This document shows positions 18,201-24,581 of a stretch of DNA of 47,552 nucleotides, piece after piece; position 1 is the first letter of the stretch; every line of letters starts with the position of its first letter. Under the pieces are notes generated by a model. That model was not told the DNA's origin. It saw nothing but the letters and a program-made list of their open reading frames with translations, and made no database searches. Where the stretch lies: positions 1 to 47,552 of IMG/VR virus record IMGVR_UViG_3300043414_000911, one strand, 5' to 3'. The translations under genes were made by a program, and so were the position numbers. Origin of the DNA: a virus. Its lineage: Duplodnaviria > Caudoviricetes.

Positions 18201-19193
18201 AGCAATTTGAATCGCTGTCTGTTTTAAACCTTCTTTAGCAAATCCTTTTAACCCCTGTTTCTCAAGTGTCTTAAGGGGAGTAGAAACGAACCTACCAAAT
18301 CCAAGAGTTGCGTATTCGCTAGCTCCAATTGCAAGACCTCGACCTTCCGCTGCTGCTTTAGATGAGCCTGCCCAATTTGGGTCGTCCAAAACTTGTTTTA
18401 CATCTGCTGGATTATAGGGGTCTAATCCCCGTTTTTGCATTTCATCCGATAAAAATTGGTCCATGCTCACCATTGTGTCAGTCATCCCACCCATTACTGC
18501 TCCTGTATTAAGCCCAGCAGCAGCTCCAACTCCAGGCCCACCCACGGCAGTCCCAATAGCAGAAGCTACAAGGGAAGCCCCTATTGCTGGAGCATTAGAT
18601 CCCATGCTTTGAGCTAACATTGGTATAGCTAAATCAAAGGGCTTAGAAACAATGTCCCCTAAAGACCCAAAAAATCCTTGTTGTTTCTGCCCGTACGCTT
18701 GCAGGGCTGGGTTAATATAACGATTTCGTTCAGCCAACCTACGTTCTACGATAGCTCTTGCCGCTGAATCAGTATCTACAAATCCGCTCGCTGCCCCGTA
18801 GGCCAAAGATCCAGCTTGCAAAGCGTTAAGTCCAGATTGTGCCTGTCCAATTATCTCCTCGGCGTAGCTTGGTGCCTCAAATCTAGGTTTCTTTAAATTG
18901 TCTTGCTCAGCTGCCTTTTCAAAATACTGTTTGGCGTAGTCGATGTCAGACTCGGTCTGCAACGTGCCACTATTAACCATGTACTTGGTCGCGTACTCAC
19001 GCCAAGAATCAAACAAACCTTGCTTTTGGTCTAATGGGAGGGACCCGTAGGCTGGGTCTGATCGGTAGGAGTCCCAAGTCTGGAACGCATTAGGTTGAGT
19101 AGCCTCTACTATTGGCTGTGTTTCTGGGGTCAGTTGCCCTAATTGCGTCCCCGAGACATCTGCTTGATCCTCTGGGGTAAACAACTGCGCCAT
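9270..19193 (-). CDS. giant (3307 aa) internal virion / ejection polyvalent protein
   Basis: Position after the smaller ejection genes. Pro/Ala linkers, zincin HELIH...DEFMAQAF, degenerate QEEIIH, sigma-like segment, and C-terminal 'LSGPPTQLVN' and 'TGRGP.D...R..L...GW....KIG' motifs typical of large podoviral internal proteins. Confidence 0.8.
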   Translation of the reverse strand: MAQLFTPEDQADVSGTQLGQLTPETQPIVEATQPNAFQTWDSYRSDPAYGSLPLDQKQGLFDSWREYATKYMVNSGTLQTESDIDYAKQYFEKAAEQDNLKKPRFEAPSYAEEIIGQAQSGLNALQAGSLAYGAASGFVDTDSAARAIVERRLAERNRYINPALQAYGQKQQGFFGSLGDIVSKPFDLAIPMLAQSMGSNAPAIGASLVASAIGTAVGGPGVGAAAGLNTGAVMGGMTDTMVSMDQFLSDEMQKRGLDPYNPADVKQVLDDPNWAGSSKAAAEGRGLAIGASEYATLGFGRFVSTPLKTLEKQGLKGFAKEGLKQTAIQIAGEPVSEIAAQKAEVAGGKSGNIRWNEVAEELAVGLPMSAVEAGGLVIENLNRNNSPATADEVNRQSIQDLRQGELTKLLSQPLSNVVASQFYDVLNLSQKAKVLGLADNAILSEGQGTYDTLSDQEKANVQQAFNTARTQIAPEAQGAPAPTPVPVEQVALGVEPTTVTAPTAEPTVAQAEEEAKKVFEEPTPPVVGVSTPQQISPASAKTLTETAPATATVVAEESKAAKTEVPAPAPVPTPIVEAPAPAVEAPKADTPATAPLEEAPKDKVGVVREVKTPKTSQVSIPLSQSQKSIARLVARAIKGMIQIDLHPDTYGRLANLIVSLNPTLNVSGITKVVTDFLASNNISTSPTSTFTGKSVTEEARKALINQYVQGGYTQQEAEDAAKYYEGDFYDKQNQIESQIFSVIDQQEQQVAPKKPTAAPAPAPVLPISGATPAPATKASSSAEVAKGWLAELDKAKTQKEKLTLRRLFKGKANSLSKLDRDASEIFESELAKREQTAPAPTTAAPATKKLPLTKTQAQALARLGYLPADIAGLDRVQAKEIVAARKRKPRVEKEKAKGVEVTQTPAGQPGATPPQPTPRKASKPVASAKVKPASTNVSPEEGLNKAQADLQKSFDDLAAELLDMTLDEASVQEYFKGTEITPLVRQRLQALMRIITLGLSNARNDLIKKSTAGKGREKLASDFAKKVLNKVVFIKERGGSGVYADPRNLTSLDTLFVDPSKLFKALMSNAAVDPADFFVKMLQEEIIHMTDGRAMYDAFKATNPAEITQEAYEKFYDANNKEIEDSLTIEQIKDVLSSYADSLGISFEGKTKEQIVSEFNVGRPGRLGEEYLRAITQRRESGQITEDQVKKYTTRPILRTLAALRDRFLKLIGKGTKASTRKSFIDDRSDAIVSLLANAPTNEKIAAGNETNVIIPRKDLASALTLQELDELDVDNKLNAEIDQEVMAELAQGMGPDGLIRRLVVGGLARAFKGQVNADVVEQAVLESLASAATGYDATKGAKPSTRVFKFASRKIIDELRKIEAGPEFVSFNDEFATTPFDLKVLSDEYDKLKATAKTSDEVSLETLKKTGEEKVKTRRARGERKGVTPEETAKGLEKEVRKAERVGTKEVPETRLGKTFGDTDLTGESTAQDGTADDIESGNLARQTAIVLDPAEMAQRAEVQKLMEKANLTSFEADALAYSLVPESENEEGELVRRPRYTADTVDSILEQYSEPGKVLYPADFYRAIDSAKQKFAKALAEGGIKREELYAPRRQLASSVSLNNDPASIEMVTKLYDDLVAPKNLKKIVNNIASESLNAQEPLKSLARYIVNNPKWDWVFKSGKTDISPASNIDEYYSINNKKKIGAKERSRLKSETLAFYQAKEDEIFLNKDLLISSYDFGTRSKFVGKPTKQQVIDQEKKKILYFNSALGATVLHELIHKATSRINGIYEFARDRIDLPKSEKEGVPLGELLTRPGKEKATILEELIDGEFKVSEFEYLVSQYNPDQMLKIFGKIEDIRGLYDTVLNAASRQEKQLFAYELSDVDEFMAQAFSNPGFQAFLSKVKVEGNTTAFGKLKQFVKELFIFISGNINEPAKDIAKGFILAEVLQAVSDLVEVQTASPRIVGEPPPNRSILPLASSIDILTTSKALRRGIKGLDPAVAAVLSQRKIVKQTRADTLKRANDFVTRVAPTGDPEDLVRAKSILDSTKGLETNERNAILAVIVTKLRDGSLALDAQIKAKGDSPERSALKDYLVNNAMYIGGQLAEAYSIAGRDLGGANIGADLLYPLKSSKMYTDPIFEKQKEVLESKDEVQQLLAEIEKLKATISGLAAQDSFNVGEKGGISIGQRPPTEAIPEGENFYKLLSVFGDLAPTEGEDFLGYLGRIGISYNDLIASLEGIKASSVSPGGVDRVLPADLKAMSAIDAIRALTKIDPNLFSKLVKLRVQAVGTSTNEELQTNFDIRKASPTAKQEKIDALQGVFDFFDTVAAEQQAVEKTMEEEIQAAKRAEETAIPPVVRLAKYAADTITKRVLRSLGVDKKVTEKGSFDQLEAQVRKIVNAQMKQELDPKKVSPEDARTLEEMLVDIVQRITLAEEVFNQVQANLQAELSADNELVAGGKESKMSEERRTYIEAMLEKKFDANATKSIDTLLRNTIDFKAESRKHMMQRGATLNSIQQLINQKFPNLREEQVVALAKVVAARYNALVKERAQKQLENITRRIGEKATAMPKSKISQLLELVNLGAFSQEKFYNAIAERYDIPEWDPIVAKEIVARANQISQLPESSDQRITKAIELNAYISQELDKQRKGWEKVGKVLDILASLWKAGVLSGPPTQLVNLGATHINVLFELTSEAKAYAQAAKRAGIKASFGDFFAQAYMAYVEAAGRLGVQEAGNALATGLTRFRSENNLELNPLEKLNKDPDKPWSFNNYAAAWKLVGRVMAAADTYNSVIANEAKARMEARYVMLKQGLTAEQATQKADEIFSKTSAGMQAIQKQVNDEELLGQFGTLAGLAPDSKEYKSQKRKIEAGKSRRFNQLRERYVVDQAGIGQDGITKMREFAQKATFNGQPKGSIGYLMDAVIGNIAGKVPILTPFAAFPRTIANIVNSAIDYTPYGWLRANGVSIGNLSGAIRDSSYKYSKPEKGSVEYYQLRSKALYGSIVMASIIGLAMKDMDKDWDEAFFAVTGRGPSDRNKREQLRATGWTENTVKIGAIRFKHTDFPGLNLLFGALAMVSDAYRYEDLDEATWDNILFTSALSVANSVVDKNLLSGAKTLFDAVSDRGSATDRAKRLLSSYTGAYLNPGIARWLSQTVPISADGKIKVVDSKAQNATLFGWLIGQTPIAVYTGAPMLNRLGDEVRNYPWSATTKRFGFVPDVKPHPVITPLIQEGLVIPGISAASKITVFRNGVAEKRKLQGGEEFYKFSKYNAEYMGRALTVSQAKTLAGLAKVNKELAQKQLNDLATKANDYAKTRLEAEIRAKR

Positions 19194-19200
19194 GACAATC

Positions 19201-19229
19201 TAGATACCAAAAAGAAAGCTTCTGGGCAA
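19201..19229 (-). promoter_or_regulatory. late promoter-like motif
   Basis: TTGCCC-N17-TATCTA-N7-ATG. Confidence 0.5.
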
Positions 19230-19230
19230 C

Positions 19231-20679
19231 TTAGAAAGAAGCGATATTAGATGGGATTAGGGGAGCTGTACCGGCTGCTTCAGATGCTGACGCCAAGAAA
19301 TCTTCTCTAGCCTTCTTTTCTTCTGGGCTTTCTTCCTGTTTCTCAAATACGGGGATAACCTTTTCACCCTTTAACTGGGCTAAGAAACCTTCGTCTGGGG
19401 TCAAGGGGCGACCGTCTAGTGTGACATAATATAGGGGCTCTTGAGCTTTAGGCGTTTCTGCTGAAACTGGGGTAACGGGAGCAGTAGAAGTTGTTGGGAT
19501 ATTCATCTGGCTAGGTTTAACGGGTGCTCCAGGAATAGGCCCGAGAAGCCCTGGTGAACCAGTCTGAGGGGTTGCAGAAGGAGTTGCTCCTTGGCTTTCC
19601 GGAACTGCCTGACCCCTGACTTGCTGTACCTGTTCGACTGCCGCCTTTTGGAAGATGTCCCGTTGCTCCATCAGACCACGTAAACGAACCTCTGCAATGT
19701 TTTTAACAATCGGATCAGAGGCGTTATCAACTTCTGATTTTGCGGCTTGGATGTCAGGAGTAAGTTTTCTAGCTTCTTCCGCAAAGTCAGTAGCATACTT
19801 CCCAACGGTTGAAGCCCCGCTAGTACCAGAGCTGGTAGTTCCCTTGATGGGTTTAAGGGGTTCGGCTTTAAATCCAAAACCTTTTCCAGGCTCATACGTC
19901 TCGGTGATTTGGGATTCTGGAATACCACGAGCCAAGGCGCGAGCTGTCATTTCGCCCGAGATAATACCAGCCTGTTCACGCTCCCTCAACCTCTTGGCTT
20001 CTTCTCGTTTCGTGTCAGCCATGATTTGATATTTACCTAGTCTGGCCATATAACGAACGGGATCTGTCTGTTTTAAAACGGACATTTGATTCCACTCTTC
20101 GTCTGGGATATCTATCAAGCCTGTCTCTACGGCAGTTTGAATATTAGCTTCCTTTTCAATTTGGTCGGTCGTTCTGAACGTGGAGTACTGCTCATCTAGT
20201 GGTCCCAATAAACCTTTTAACACCGCAAAGTCAGCGGGGGTTTTAGCTTTCCTGTATACGGCGGCTACACCATTTTTATAGTTATAGTCCGAACCACCGT
20301 TTGGAAGCATTTGATCTATGATCCCTTGCCACTCGTCCCGCCTAGCCCAAGCGTTTTCTAGTTCTTTATCTTTCCTTGCAGCCTGTTCTAAAGAGTATTT
20401 ATTAATCTCGTACTGTTGATCTCGACCTCTAGCTATTGACTCTTCTTGGCGACTCAGCAAATCAAATTTGCGATCCTCATCGACCAGTTGCTGTTGAAAT
20501 TGTTTTTCACGCAAGGACTGCATCCGATTGGCGTTAGAAATATTGGTAGTGGCATCGTACTGCTTGATGAAATTGTTCATCACCTCTTGGTCACGAGCCG
20601 TCTGATTTCCGGAATACGAAGCTGCAGCGGACAGATCACCTGCCCTAAACTCTCCTGGTAGTTGGTATGCTTGTGCCAT
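19231..20679 (-). CDS. internal virion (ejection) protein, helical
   Basis: Q/E/R-rich helical N-half, Pro-rich C-tail; middle gene of the three-gene ejection set. Confidence 0.6.
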   Translation of the reverse strand: MAQAYQLPGEFRAGDLSAAASYSGNQTARDQEVMNNFIKQYDATTNISNANRMQSLREKQFQQQLVDEDRKFDLLSRQEESIARGRDQQYEINKYSLEQAARKDKELENAWARRDEWQGIIDQMLPNGGSDYNYKNGVAAVYRKAKTPADFAVLKGLLGPLDEQYSTFRTTDQIEKEANIQTAVETGLIDIPDEEWNQMSVLKQTDPVRYMARLGKYQIMADTKREEAKRLREREQAGIISGEMTARALARGIPESQITETYEPGKGFGFKAEPLKPIKGTTSSGTSGASTVGKYATDFAEEARKLTPDIQAAKSEVDNASDPIVKNIAEVRLRGLMEQRDIFQKAAVEQVQQVRGQAVPESQGATPSATPQTGSPGLLGPIPGAPVKPSQMNIPTTSTAPVTPVSAETPKAQEPLYYVTLDGRPLTPDEGFLAQLKGEKVIPVFEKQEESPEEKKAREDFLASASEAAGTAPLIPSNIASF

Positions 20680-20682
20680 AAA

Positions 20683-21636
20683 TTAGAATTGTTTCGACCC
20701 GTAAGTCCCAAATCCTCCGAACCCACCCATGCTTTGCGGAGTGAGGTAGCTAGAAACCATACTGGTGGGCATCGACATCATCGGTCCTGGGTAGCTCACG
20801 CCGGGAGCGCTCATCATGCTAGTAGTCCCAGGTAGATTTGCAGACCCGCCACCGCCACCAAGCAACCCACCACCAAAAAGGGAAGATCCTAATTGTCCGA
20901 TAGAGGAGATAGCACCGCCGGCCTGACCAGCTCCAAGTTGGAAACCACCACCGCCAGCAAGATTACCTAGACCACCACCAAGCATTCCTCCGATTGCTGT
21001 ACCAGCTCCTGGCATAATGAGAGATCCAATCCCAGCTCCGAGTAACCCGCCGATCGAACCAAAAATACCACCGCTACTTTGAGATTTCGCTACGTCGTAG
21101 TTGTATTTGTTTATTGCGTTTTGGTTGGCGACATTGGCTTGATCCTGTGCTTGCTTTAGATCCTCCCCCCGTAATTGGCCCGATGAGAAAAGATAATTCT
21201 GTGCTTGTTGCGGGCTTAAGTAATCAGACATCTGCAACAACCCAGGGACAAGTCCTATTCCTTGGGATTGTAAATCAGATGCTAATCTGCCGTAGCTCGC
21301 GGCTTCTCCAAAAATAGCGGCTTCGCTTGTAGTCGGCAAACCGACTGCTCTATTTCTTTCGGCTAATTGCCGTTGTGCTGCGGATTGAACATCGGAGGAA
21401 GGAACACCGGATAGCAATTGATTTACTAAATTGGAAGTCTGCTGTGTGGCTGCAAGTGTTCCCGGCAAACCCTGTTCTAAGGTCTTCCTAAAATCCGCGT
21501 TTATCTGCGAGGCAAAATCTGAAAGCCCCGGTAGTTGTCCCTGTTGGCTTAAGAACTTAGCAAACGTCTCCGCAAGAGGAACTTCTCTTGGCGCTTGCAA
21601 TTGAGGAGGTGATGGAGATGATCTTCGTCCACCCAT
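20683..21636 (-). CDS. Gly-rich ejection / DNA pilot protein
   Basis: Q/A-rich helix followed by GGxxG-rich membrane-inserting segment (GGLLGAGIGSLIMPGAGTAIGGMLGGGLG). Confidence 0.65.
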   Translation of the reverse strand: MGGRRSSPSPPQLQAPREVPLAETFAKFLSQQGQLPGLSDFASQINADFRKTLEQGLPGTLAATQQTSNLVNQLLSGVPSSDVQSAAQRQLAERNRAVGLPTTSEAAIFGEAASYGRLASDLQSQGIGLVPGLLQMSDYLSPQQAQNYLFSSGQLRGEDLKQAQDQANVANQNAINKYNYDVAKSQSSGGIFGSIGGLLGAGIGSLIMPGAGTAIGGMLGGGLGNLAGGGGFQLGAGQAGGAISSIGQLGSSLFGGGLLGGGGGSANLPGTTSMMSAPGVSYPGPMMSMPTSMVSSYLTPQSMGGFGGFGTYGSKQF

Positions 21637-21637
21637 A

Positions 21638-22060
21638 TTAAGCCATCCTCTCCGCTAAAGCCCAAGGTAAAACACGCATACGATCGTCATATTTACCCCT
21701 TTCAAAACAAATCCATGAACGGATACCAGAGATGGCCATCGCATTGCGAACAAGATCACTCCTTACGGACTTATTATCAGAAGCAAGAACAACAATTGCC
21801 ACTCCTTGGGAATTAAAGTCATTCTTCCACTCCTTAATGTCTGAAGGCTTATTCACGAATTGCAAAGCCAATACCCCATCAATTTTTCCCTTGGTGTTTT
21901 GATGCACAATTAACTGGCCTAGGTCTGCAAAGAACTGGACCATGGCCTTCAAATCCTTCCGGTTCCAATGCCGATAGAAGGAAATTTTCTTTTCGACGTA
22001 GGTTGTCACTTGACCATTGATATCTTTCATTTTAAGCCGTTCGTCAATAATTGGTTGCAC
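21638..22060 (-). CDS. hypothetical protein at the T7 gp13-like/GNAT-like position
   Basis: Size and location between tail and ejection genes; alpha/beta pattern. Fold is inference. Confidence 0.5.
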   Translation of the reverse strand: MQPIIDERLKMKDINGQVTTYVEKKISFYRHWNRKDLKAMVQFFADLGQLIVHQNTKGKIDGVLALQFVNKPSDIKEWKNDFNSQGVAIVVLASDNKSVRSDLVRNAMAISGIRSWICFERGKYDDRMRVLPWALAERMA

Positions 22061-23379
22061 TACCGGAGGTTGCTAATATCCCCCATAGCCCATGCGGTAC
22101 CCTGTACCTGCATGGTCAAACGGTTACCGCCTCGCTTTTGTTGGAGTTCATCCCTTAAGAGCTGGATGGCTTTCTGTTCGTGGAAAGTATAGAAGTCGGG
22201 CTTATCGGATTGCATGAAAGCTGTGACCATCTCTAACATAGCTGGGTAATTTCCCACTACCATTGGGTCAGAATCTTGTGTTTTAGCGGACCAACGAATG
22301 GAGCCAAGAACGTTTAGAATGCATGGTTCTTCGGGGTTGGGCGGACGATTAACAAAGATCTTTCTTTTTGCCACTAAGCCATTGTAGGTTGTATCGAATA
22401 CAGCGTCTTCCCCTCGGTCTACAACCAACAATCCGCTGGTGTTATTTGAAGTTCTAAAACCTGGACCATTCTCATGAAAGTCGTACTCCCTAGCGAAAAG
22501 GTCTACGCGTTGTGAGTTAAAAGAACAAAATAGAATAGACTCGACATCGTGCGGCAAATACATCTCTCCACTTTCGTCTACTTGGATATTAAACTGTCGG
22601 ATCGACCCGTACCAAGACCCGCGGGTAAGGAGGTATTCTTCGGCTTTATCAATCAAGTGGAATAAAGCTGCGTCATCCGTATGTAATCCGTCTTTCAAAT
22701 CCAAAGCCATCCGAGCCCTCATCCACCCCATAGTACCCTCAATTGAAGTGGATACGATGGACTGATAGTTCAGACGACGAGCACCTTCGAGGGTCTTATC
22801 GAGAACCATTGAGAGTCTTTCGACTGCTTTCTGCTCGAAGGCTTGGGCCAGATCGAGTTGACCGTTTTGCTCCCGCCAAAGGGCAAGGAGCATAAGACGA
22901 AGGGCATCAAGATCTTGGATAATTAATAGATCCGTGTTTAAAGCCGCTGGGACAAAATTCAGTTTTCCAGTAACCTCAACAAAAGATGGAATGGGATTGA
23001 TACCGGATATTTGGTATGACCGATAGTCCGTAGAGCCAATTGGTTTGCCAACTTTGAGTAGGGTTTCGCTGTTAGAGAGAAAAGCTTGTTCACTATTTGT
23101 TAGAAACCTCTCGCTAATTGAAGTAGAAGTAGCCCGTAAAATTGTGTTTAAACCGAACCCAGCAAAAGTCGAAATATCACCAGTAGAATCTGGGAGAGTA
23201 AACACGCCGTCAACCACGGCAATAGAAAATTTAGCAAGAACCCCGAGCCAAGTACGCACCGCATAGAGACGTCTCTGCGCCTCGTTAATGCGGGCTATTA
23301 CCCTGTCATCTGCGGGGTAAACCCCGTTGTCGACGTACGTAGACAGGGTCGCCTTGGCTTCTGCTAGGGTAATAGCCAT
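22060..23379 (-). CDS. head-tail adaptor (tail tubular protein A-like) with tandem duplicated domain
   Basis: Two copies of 'IN/DxAxxxL....W.G' and 'EQKA...L...L'. Confidence 0.65.
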   Translation of the reverse strand: MAITLAEAKATLSTYVDNGVYPADDRVIARINEAQRRLYAVRTWLGVLAKFSIAVVDGVFTLPDSTGDISTFAGFGLNTILRATSTSISERFLTNSEQAFLSNSETLLKVGKPIGSTDYRSYQISGINPIPSFVEVTGKLNFVPAALNTDLLIIQDLDALRLMLLALWREQNGQLDLAQAFEQKAVERLSMVLDKTLEGARRLNYQSIVSTSIEGTMGWMRARMALDLKDGLHTDDAALFHLIDKAEEYLLTRGSWYGSIRQFNIQVDESGEMYLPHDVESILFCSFNSQRVDLFAREYDFHENGPGFRTSNNTSGLLVVDRGEDAVFDTTYNGLVAKRKIFVNRPPNPEEPCILNVLGSIRWSAKTQDSDPMVVGNYPAMLEMVTAFMQSDKPDFYTFHEQKAIQLLRDELQQKRGGNRLTMQVQGTAWAMGDISNLR

Positions 23380-23382
23380 GGC

Positions 23383-23622
23383 TTAGTTGAGGATCTCGGG
23401 CCAGACGGCTTTGATTTCCTCAGGAGTAGTTCCAGGAATAGGGATATCTGTCACGTCTCTAAGCTCTTGTTTCTCCCCGATAATCCGAGCAATCTCAGAC
23501 TTGTTCTGTGTCTCGGTAGCTCGCATGTAAGCGAGATCGAGAGCCTCTAGCTTTGGCTTGCGGGCCTCACGCCACTTGTCTTTCCAAATTGCCTTAGCTT
23601 TATCTGGATTAATAATAATCAT
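23383..23622 (-). CDS. tail fibre assembly chaperone-like (C-terminal part)
   Basis: 'KAK.I.K...R.AR.P.L..LD..YMRA.E......I...KQ.LRD.T' and 'K..WP'; ATGA overlap at 23622. Confidence 0.7.
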   Translation of the reverse strand: MIIINPDKAKAIWKDKWREARKPKLEALDLAYMRATETQNKSEIARIIGEKQELRDVTDIPIPGTTPEEIKAVWPEILN

Positions 23623-23810
23623 TCTTCGTACTCCCATGCATTTCGGAAGGTTCTGTCAGATGGAACTTCTGAGATGTCTACGATTTTATATGGCGCACCT
23701 GACGGCACGTCTTTAGCCGCAAGCTCCTCGATCGTCCCCTCCCAATTTGGAGATGGGGCAAGTACGCATACTCCGCCTTGACGATTAGGGTAAATAATTC
23801 TCTTATTCAT
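23619..23810 (-). CDS. tail fibre-associated small protein (N-terminal partner)
   Basis: 'IEELAAKDVP.G.PYKIVD.S.VPSDRTFRNAWE', commonly found after aquatic phage fibres. Confidence 0.75.
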   Translation of the reverse strand: MNKRIIYPNRQGGVCVLAPSPNWEGTIEELAAKDVPSGAPYKIVDISEVPSDRTFRNAWEYEE

Positions 23811-23812
23811 AT

Positions 23813-24577
23813 TTAATTGAAAAAAGTTGCAGTTATATATGGTTGATCAAAAGTAGAGCTATTAGCGGCGCCTAGAGTGATGAATGAAAATGCTGTTGCT
23901 GTTGGTGCGGCAACATCTCCGTTTGAGAAAGAATAAAACCCAGTACCGGCCGGTCCTCTGCCGCCAAGTGACCAGCAATAATCTGCGTCCCCGAGAGATA
24001 CTGTGAAATTTATTGTGTAGTTACCAACCCCATTATCGGAGATTGAACTGACGTTAACGGAATCGCGAATAGCTACAGTACCTTGCCCATTAAAATTAAC
24101 CCAAGCTCTAGCAACCCTTTTAGCTACGTTGTTAGCTTCGGTAGCACTTGTCGAAAGCATCGGATAGGTGACAGACCCAGCCGGAATCTGCCCAGCCATA
24201 TTAGCCCACGTAATCTTTTTCAAAGACGAATAAGAACCACCCCCAAGAGTACCAACTAAAAATAAATCAGAGTTAGCGAGCGTTGTTACCGCGGTCTTAT
24301 CTGAAATTAATCTCTCATTGGAAGTTGTTCCGCCAACAAAAGGGAAAGGTTCATATGCACTGGTTGCGTCGTTATATAGATTTAAAAGCGGGGTATCCCC
24401 ACCTGTCGTATTGATCCAGACATAACCAGTATCTGGAGACGGGCTTGTCAGACCATACAAAACCTTAGTAGAAATTGCAAAAGCAGGAATAGTCAGATAC
24501 TGTGCAAAAAGTTCCAGAAGTTGTTGCGGGGTTCCGTAACAGGATCCTGAGGGTAATGTTTCGGGTATTAATGCCAT
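23813..24577 (-). CDS. short tail fibre protein
   Basis: Start MALIPETLP at 24577; C-terminal 'ARAWVNFNG...IR.S.NVSSI.DNG.G.YTINF' fibre tip domain. Confidence 0.75.
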   Translation of the reverse strand: MALIPETLPSGSCYGTPQQLLELFAQYLTIPAFAISTKVLYGLTSPSPDTGYVWINTTGGDTPLLNLYNDATSAYEPFPFVGGTTSNERLISDKTAVTTLANSDLFLVGTLGGGSYSSLKKITWANMAGQIPAGSVTYPMLSTSATEANNVAKRVARAWVNFNGQGTVAIRDSVNVSSISDNGVGNYTINFTVSLGDADYCWSLGGRGPAGTGFYSFSNGDVAAPTATAFSFITLGAANSSTFDQPYITATFFN

Positions 24578-24581
24578 AAAA

